64,000 bases of DNA from an uncultured Planctomycetia bacterium (GTDB lineage: Bacteria > Omnitrophota > Gorgyraeia > Duberdicusellales > 4484-171). The first letter of the stretch is position 1; each line of letters starts with the position of its first letter. The position numbers were made by a program, and so were the translations under genes. The stretch lies in the NCBI GenBank assembly GCA_964455085.1, contig CAYVYJ010000003.1, positions 7,364 through 71,363 on the forward strand, given 5' to 3'. Under the pieces are notes generated by a model. It ran no database searches. It was not told the origin of the DNA and was given only the letters and a program-made list of their open reading frames with translations. Of the stretch, positions 59,597 through 64,000 are shown piece after piece.

Positions 59597-59989
59597 ATGC
59601 TTAAAGAGATTGTAACCATAACCGAAACCAAGGATGATAAAGTTAAGATAAAATTCATTAAAAAGGCAGCTTGCTCTTGCTGCAAACTTACCTCTCTGTG
59701 TGGTAAGGGCGAAGAGGAGCTAATGATAGACAATTGTGGTTTTAGTCTCAAGCCCGGTGATAAAATCGAAGTCGGTATTGAAGAAAAGCAAAACCTGCTG
59801 GCCAGTTTAATTGTCTTTCTCCTGCCGGGAGTGATTTTTCTGACCAGTTTACTTATCTTTAGACAACAGGGAGAATTGGTCAGTTTTTTTCTTGCTATCT
59901 TCGCACTTTGCGTCTATTATGGAGGTGCTAAGATGCTGCTTAAAAAAGAGCAGAAGAAGTTTAGTTTAAAAATCTTAGGTAAACTCTAA
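59597..59989 (+). CDS. RseC/MucC family protein
   Basis: ACSCC...C motif, GDKIEVGI and two C-terminal TM helices; follows rnfB. Confidence 0.8.
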   Translation: MLKEIVTITETKDDKVKIKFIKKAACSCCKLTSLCGKGEEELMIDNCGFSLKPGDKIEVGIEEKQNLLASLIVFLLPGVIFLTSLLIFRQQGELVSFFLAIFALCVYYGGAKMLLKKEQKKFSLKILGKL

Positions 59990-59994
59990 AACCA

Positions 59995-60606
59995 ATGCCA
60001 AAACTAACCAATATTGCCGTATTAGCCTCAGGTAAAGGGACAAATTTTGCGGCTTTAGCCTTAGGAGTCAGGAGAAAAAAATTACCGGCTAAAATAAAAC
60101 TCTTAATTACCGACAAAAGAAATGCTTTAGCCAGAAAGAAAGCTAAAAATCTGGGTATAAAGGATATTTTCATCAACCCCAAAGAATTTAAGTCTCGATT
60201 GACCTATGAACGCCGGATAGTCAAACTATTGAAGCAGGAGAAAGTTGAGCTGGTTCTCTTAGCTGGATACATGCGAATTCTTTCACCCTTTTTTATAAAC
60301 TGTTTTAAACAAAAAATTCTCAATATTCATCCGGCACTCCTGCCGGCTTTCAGAGGCACCGATGCCATTGGCCGGGCATTTAGATATGGCTGCAAAATAA
60401 CCGGGGTAACAGTCCACTTTGTCGATAGTCAAGTTGATCAGGGGCCAGTAATTCTTCAAGAAGCAATTAAAATCACCCCGGGGATGAACCAAGAAAGACT
60501 GGAGGCAAAAATCCATTGTTTAGAACACAAACTCTACCCCCAAGCTTTAAAACTGATCCTTGATAAAAGAGTAAAAATAAGGAACAGAGATGTCAGGATT
60601 ATTTAA
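59995..60606 (+). CDS. purN: Phosphoribosylglycinamide formyltransferase
   Basis: SGKGTNF, LAGYMRIL, NIHPALLP, TGVTVHFV, EHKLYP. Confidence 0.96.
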   Translation: MPKLTNIAVLASGKGTNFAALALGVRRKKLPAKIKLLITDKRNALARKKAKNLGIKDIFINPKEFKSRLTYERRIVKLLKQEKVELVLLAGYMRILSPFFINCFKQKILNIHPALLPAFRGTDAIGRAFRYGCKITGVTVHFVDSQVDQGPVILQEAIKITPGMNQERLEAKIHCLEHKLYPQALKLILDKRVKIRNRDVRII

Positions 60607-61024
60607 ATTTATTTTGTTACCGCTTCTGTTTCTATGTCTTGGTCTATCGATTGGTGAAAAGGTAATCGAGGTTAAAGTCGATAAAAGAGTAGTTGAGACT
60701 GGTGAAATTTTTACCTATCAAATCGATATTCAAAGTGAGCTTGACACTGCCACACTGAAATTACCGGAATTTAAAAACTTTAGCATAGTCTCCCAGAGCC
60801 AATCCCGAAATTACACTTCTAAAGCCGGGGTTAAAAAAGTAATCATTAACTTTACCTATCTTCTCTTTGCGCCGGAGCCGGGAAAATTTACTATTGAGGC
60901 GGTTAGCCTGGAGAGTGAGACTGAAAGCCACCAGAGCCGGGAAATTACCATAACTGTAACCGGGGAATCACTGGAGAAGAAGCGAAAAATCCTTCCCTAC
61001 ATTGAAAAAGGAACCAACCTCTAA
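60590..61024 (+). CDS. Single-domain BatD-like exported protein
   Basis: Signal peptide, VDKRVVETGE, SQSQSRNY, APEPGKFTI. Confidence 0.7.
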   Translation: MSGLFKFILLPLLFLCLGLSIGEKVIEVKVDKRVVETGEIFTYQIDIQSELDTATLKLPEFKNFSIVSQSQSRNYTSKAGVKKVIINFTYLLFAPEPGKFTIEAVSLESETESHQSREITITVTGESLEKKRKILPYIEKGTNL

Positions 61025-61130
61025 ACTAATCTTTCATCGGCCGCTTAACCTAAGCTAAGCCTTAAGTCATCAGGCATAATTGCTGCGCTAATAAAGGAAA
61101 TTTGCCTCAGTGGGAGAGAAAAGAAATATC

Positions 61131-61158
61131 TTGCCAAAAGTATCACTTATGCTATAAT
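61131..61158 (+). promoter_or_regulatory. Sigma70 promoter of hflKC (leaderless)
   Basis: TTGCCA-16 nt-TATAAT with TG; ATG 7 nt downstream; no SD. Confidence 0.7.
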
Positions 61159-61165
61159 TCTGGCT

Positions 61166-62161
61166 ATGGATTTTGAAAGCCAAAACCCCGATGAAATCTT
61201 AAAAAACCTTAAGGAAAAACTTAATTTCCCTAAGACCCAGAAGTTCCAGCTTTTTTTAATCCTGGGAATTTTTCTGGCTATATTCCTTCTAAAAGGGGTT
61301 TTTTATACAATCCAGCCCAATGAAGTAGGAGTGGTCTTACGTTTCGGTAAATTTGTCCGAACTACTCAACCCGGTTTACACTTTAAAATTCCCTTAGGAA
61401 TTGAAAATGTAACCCCGGTTAAGGTAGAGTACGTCTACAAGGATGAGTTTGGATTTCGGACCAAATCCGCTGGTATAAAAACCGTCTACAGCCAAAAGTC
61501 ATACGCTGATGAGTCGTTAATGCTCACCGGGGATTTAAACGTTTTGAATTTAGAGTGGATTGTCCAGTTTAAAATTAATGACCCTTACAAAGCTCTGTTT
61601 AATATTCGAAATCTTAGTAAGACGCTCCGGGATATCTCGGAGTCAGTGATGCGTAAAATTGTTGGCGACTATACTTTTAACGAAATTCTTACCACCAAAC
61701 GAATCGAAGTAAATATCAAGGCTCAAGAAAATATGCAAGAAATCCTTGACGCCTACGGAACTGGTCTTCAAATCGTAACGGTCAAGTTACAAGATGTTAA
61801 CCCGCCGGATACGGTAAAACCGGCATTTAATGAAGTAAACCAAGCTAAGCAGGAAAAAGAAAAGTTAGTCAATGAAGCTTGGAAGGTCTACAACCAAAAA
61901 ATTCCTCAAGCCAGGGGTGAGGCTTCAAAGATGGTTAAGGAAGCTGAAGGTTATGCCTTGGAGAAAGTTAACCGAGCTAAGGGTGAAGCTAAGCGATTTT
62001 TAATTCTCTATGAAGAGTATGCCCGGGCTAAGGAAGTAACCACCAGGCGTTTTTATCTGGAAAATATGGAGGAAATCCTGACCAAAGCCGGTAAGAAATA
62101 TATACTTGACCCTAAAGAGCGGGGGATTTTGTCCTTATTAAAGTTAGAAAATGAACAATAA
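61166..62161 (+). CDS. hflK: FtsH protease modulator HflK
   Basis: SPFH domain, GVVLRFGK, MLTGD, VNPP..VKPAFNEV, ARGEA. Confidence 0.93.
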   Translation: MDFESQNPDEILKNLKEKLNFPKTQKFQLFLILGIFLAIFLLKGVFYTIQPNEVGVVLRFGKFVRTTQPGLHFKIPLGIENVTPVKVEYVYKDEFGFRTKSAGIKTVYSQKSYADESLMLTGDLNVLNLEWIVQFKINDPYKALFNIRNLSKTLRDISESVMRKIVGDYTFNEILTTKRIEVNIKAQENMQEILDAYGTGLQIVTVKLQDVNPPDTVKPAFNEVNQAKQEKEKLVNEAWKVYNQKIPQARGEASKMVKEAEGYALEKVNRAKGEAKRFLILYEEYARAKEVTTRRFYLENMEEILTKAGKKYILDPKERGILSLLKLENEQ

Positions 62162-63101
62162 AAACTTAGGTTTAATTGTTGCCGCTATAGTTGTAGTCCT
62201 GATTTTACTGGGCAATCCTTTCTATATTATTAAGGAAGGCCGCCAAGCCATAATTACTCAATTCGGCCAACCAATCGGTGATCCGGTTACCCAAGCCGGC
62301 CTGCACCTTAAGCTCCCCTTTATTCAAAAAGTTACTTATTTTGAAAAGCGAATATTAGAATGGGACGGCTACCCGAACCAAATACCAACTAAAGATAAAC
62401 GCTATATCTGGGTTGATTCTACTGCCCGCTGGCGGATAAAAAACCCTTTAAAGTTCTTCCAATCGGTTTACGATGAGCGAGGAGCCCAAGCCCGGCTTGA
62501 CGACATAATTGATTCAGCGGTAAGAGATGCGGTTACTTCCCAGAATTTAATCGAGCTGGTACGTTCCAGCAATACAATCGTAACCGATTTAGAAAAAATT
62601 GAAAAAGAGATTGAGTTTATCGATGAAGGTGCATTAGAGACAATAAAGGTAGGCCGGGATAATATCCGCAAAGATATTCTCAAGAAGGCAAAAGAGCTGG
62701 CCCCTCAATATGGAATTGAACTTATTGATGTAAGAATAAAGAGGATAAATTATGTTGAAGAGGTAAGACGTAAAGTCTATGAAAGGATGATTGCCGAACG
62801 TAAACGGGCTGCGGAACAATATCGTTCCGAGGGCCGAGGCATAAGAGCTGAGGTAGAGGGACGTACCGAAAAAGAACTTAAGGGGATTCTCTCCGACGCT
62901 TACCGAAAAGCTCAAGAGATAAAGGGAGGAGCTGATGCCGAGTCTACCAAAATCTATGCTGAAGCTTTCAGCAAAGACTCGGAGTTTTACGCTTTTCTCA
63001 AGACCCTGGAAACCTATAGCAAGACTGTAGATAAGGGTACTACCATTATTCTTACCACCGAAGGAGAGTACTATAAGTATTTAACTAACCCCTCTCCTTA
63101 A
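62151..63101 (+). CDS. hflC: FtsH protease modulator HflC
   Basis: GLHLKLPFIQ, DVRIKRI, RMIAER, RSEG, FYAFLKTLE. Confidence 0.93.
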   Translation: MNNKNLGLIVAAIVVVLILLGNPFYIIKEGRQAIITQFGQPIGDPVTQAGLHLKLPFIQKVTYFEKRILEWDGYPNQIPTKDKRYIWVDSTARWRIKNPLKFFQSVYDERGAQARLDDIIDSAVRDAVTSQNLIELVRSSNTIVTDLEKIEKEIEFIDEGALETIKVGRDNIRKDILKKAKELAPQYGIELIDVRIKRINYVEEVRRKVYERMIAERKRAAEQYRSEGRGIRAEVEGRTEKELKGILSDAYRKAQEIKGGADAESTKIYAEAFSKDSEFYAFLKTLETYSKTVDKGTTIILTTEGEYYKYLTNPSP

Positions 63102-63137
63102 AACAGCCTTTTCCAAATTTTAAGAAAAGAGCGGATT

Positions 63138-63989
63138 ATGAATACAGCTATCTTACTTATTTCATGTCCCGATAAAAAAGGTATTAACGCCGCCATTACT
63201 AACTTCGTCTACCAGAATAACGGTAACATTGAGCATGCCGATCAACACATTGACTCCCAATCCAACACTTTTTTTATGCGTATTGAATGGTCGCTGGAGG
63301 GTTTTAAGCTTAGTAAGGATGAGCTAAGCAAAAGTTTTCTTCCTCTGGCCAATAAATTTAATATGAACTGGGAGCTCTACTTCAGTAGCACTCCTACCAA
63401 TGTGGCAATTTTCGCCTCTTACACTACCCACTGCCTATATGATCTTCTGCTTAAATATAAACAAAACTACTTTAATTGTCAGATACCTTTGATTATTAGC
63501 AACTCTCACCAGGCCAAAGACATTGCCAGACGCTTTGGTATAAAGTTCGTTAAATTTCCCATAAACCCGCAAAATAAGCCGGCAGTGGAACAAAAGCAAA
63601 TCGCTCTGCTTAAGAAGGAAAAAGTTGATACCATTGTTTTAGCTCGCTATACTCAAATTTTGACTAGTCAATTTATTGTTGCCTTTCCTAACCGGATTAT
63701 CAACATTCATCACTCTTTTTTGCCAGCCTTCATCGGAAACAATCCTTATCAACAAGCTTATCGGCGGGGGGTAAAAATCATTGGTGCTACCAGCCACTAC
63801 GTTACTGAGCGGCTGGATGCCGGGCCGATTATCGAACAAGATACTACCCGGGTCAATCACCGCGACTCTTTAGCTGATTTAAAGCGTGAAGGTCAGGAAC
63901 TAGAAAGAACAGTGTTAAGCAAAGCTTTACGCTGGCATCTGGAGCGTAAAATACTGGTCTATAATAATAAAACTGTAGTCTTTGATTAA
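63138..63989 (+). CDS. purU: Formyltetrahydrofolate deformylase
   Basis: ACT domain CPDKKGI, FFMR, HCLYDLL, INIHHSFLPAF, GATSHYVT. Confidence 0.96.
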   Translation: MNTAILLISCPDKKGINAAITNFVYQNNGNIEHADQHIDSQSNTFFMRIEWSLEGFKLSKDELSKSFLPLANKFNMNWELYFSSTPTNVAIFASYTTHCLYDLLLKYKQNYFNCQIPLIISNSHQAKDIARRFGIKFVKFPINPQNKPAVEQKQIALLKKEKVDTIVLARYTQILTSQFIVAFPNRIINIHHSFLPAFIGNNPYQQAYRRGVKIIGATSHYVTERLDAGPIIEQDTTRVNHRDSLADLKREGQELERTVLSKALRWHLERKILVYNNKTVVFD

Positions 63990-64000
63990 ATTTATTACCT

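Overview
64 kb of core bacterial chromosome, moderately AT-rich, gene-dense and mostly on the + strand. Gene content and protein style suggest an anaerobic PVC-superphylum organism, probably Ca. Omnitrophota (inference, not verified). It holds housekeeping operons: proC-mtnP-pfkB-ileS-dksA-lspA-rluD-aroA, valS-nadC-uvrB-coaX, CIRCE-controlled groESL, yebC-ruvC-ruvA-scpB, metK-ahcY-pfkA-fba-ilvD, mreBCD-mrdA-rodA and hflKC-purU. It also carries a four-subunit pyruvate:ferredoxin oxidoreductase with a ferredoxin, an Rnf operon, four tRNAs and tmRNA. I saw no CRISPR array, integrase, transposase or prophage. Best leads: (1) a minus-strand polyamine cluster (nspC, CASDH, atypical SpeD) whose SpeD has its own promoter and a structured ~200-nt leader with a 50-codon ORF ending directly at the SpeD ATG, a candidate polyamine-sensing attenuator; (2) the SpeD homolog lacks the canonical ESH motif and may be an Orn/Arg decarboxylase; (3) the tmRNA tag reads ANTQFAYANTPELVEVN, with no C-terminal Ala-Ala; (4) a TMTC-like glycosyltransferase is inserted inside the rnf operon; (5) PfkA lacks its SGGD loop; (6) several apparently leaderless mRNAs; (7) small dispersed palindromic repeats. 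All functional calls come from motif recognition by eye; no searches were run.
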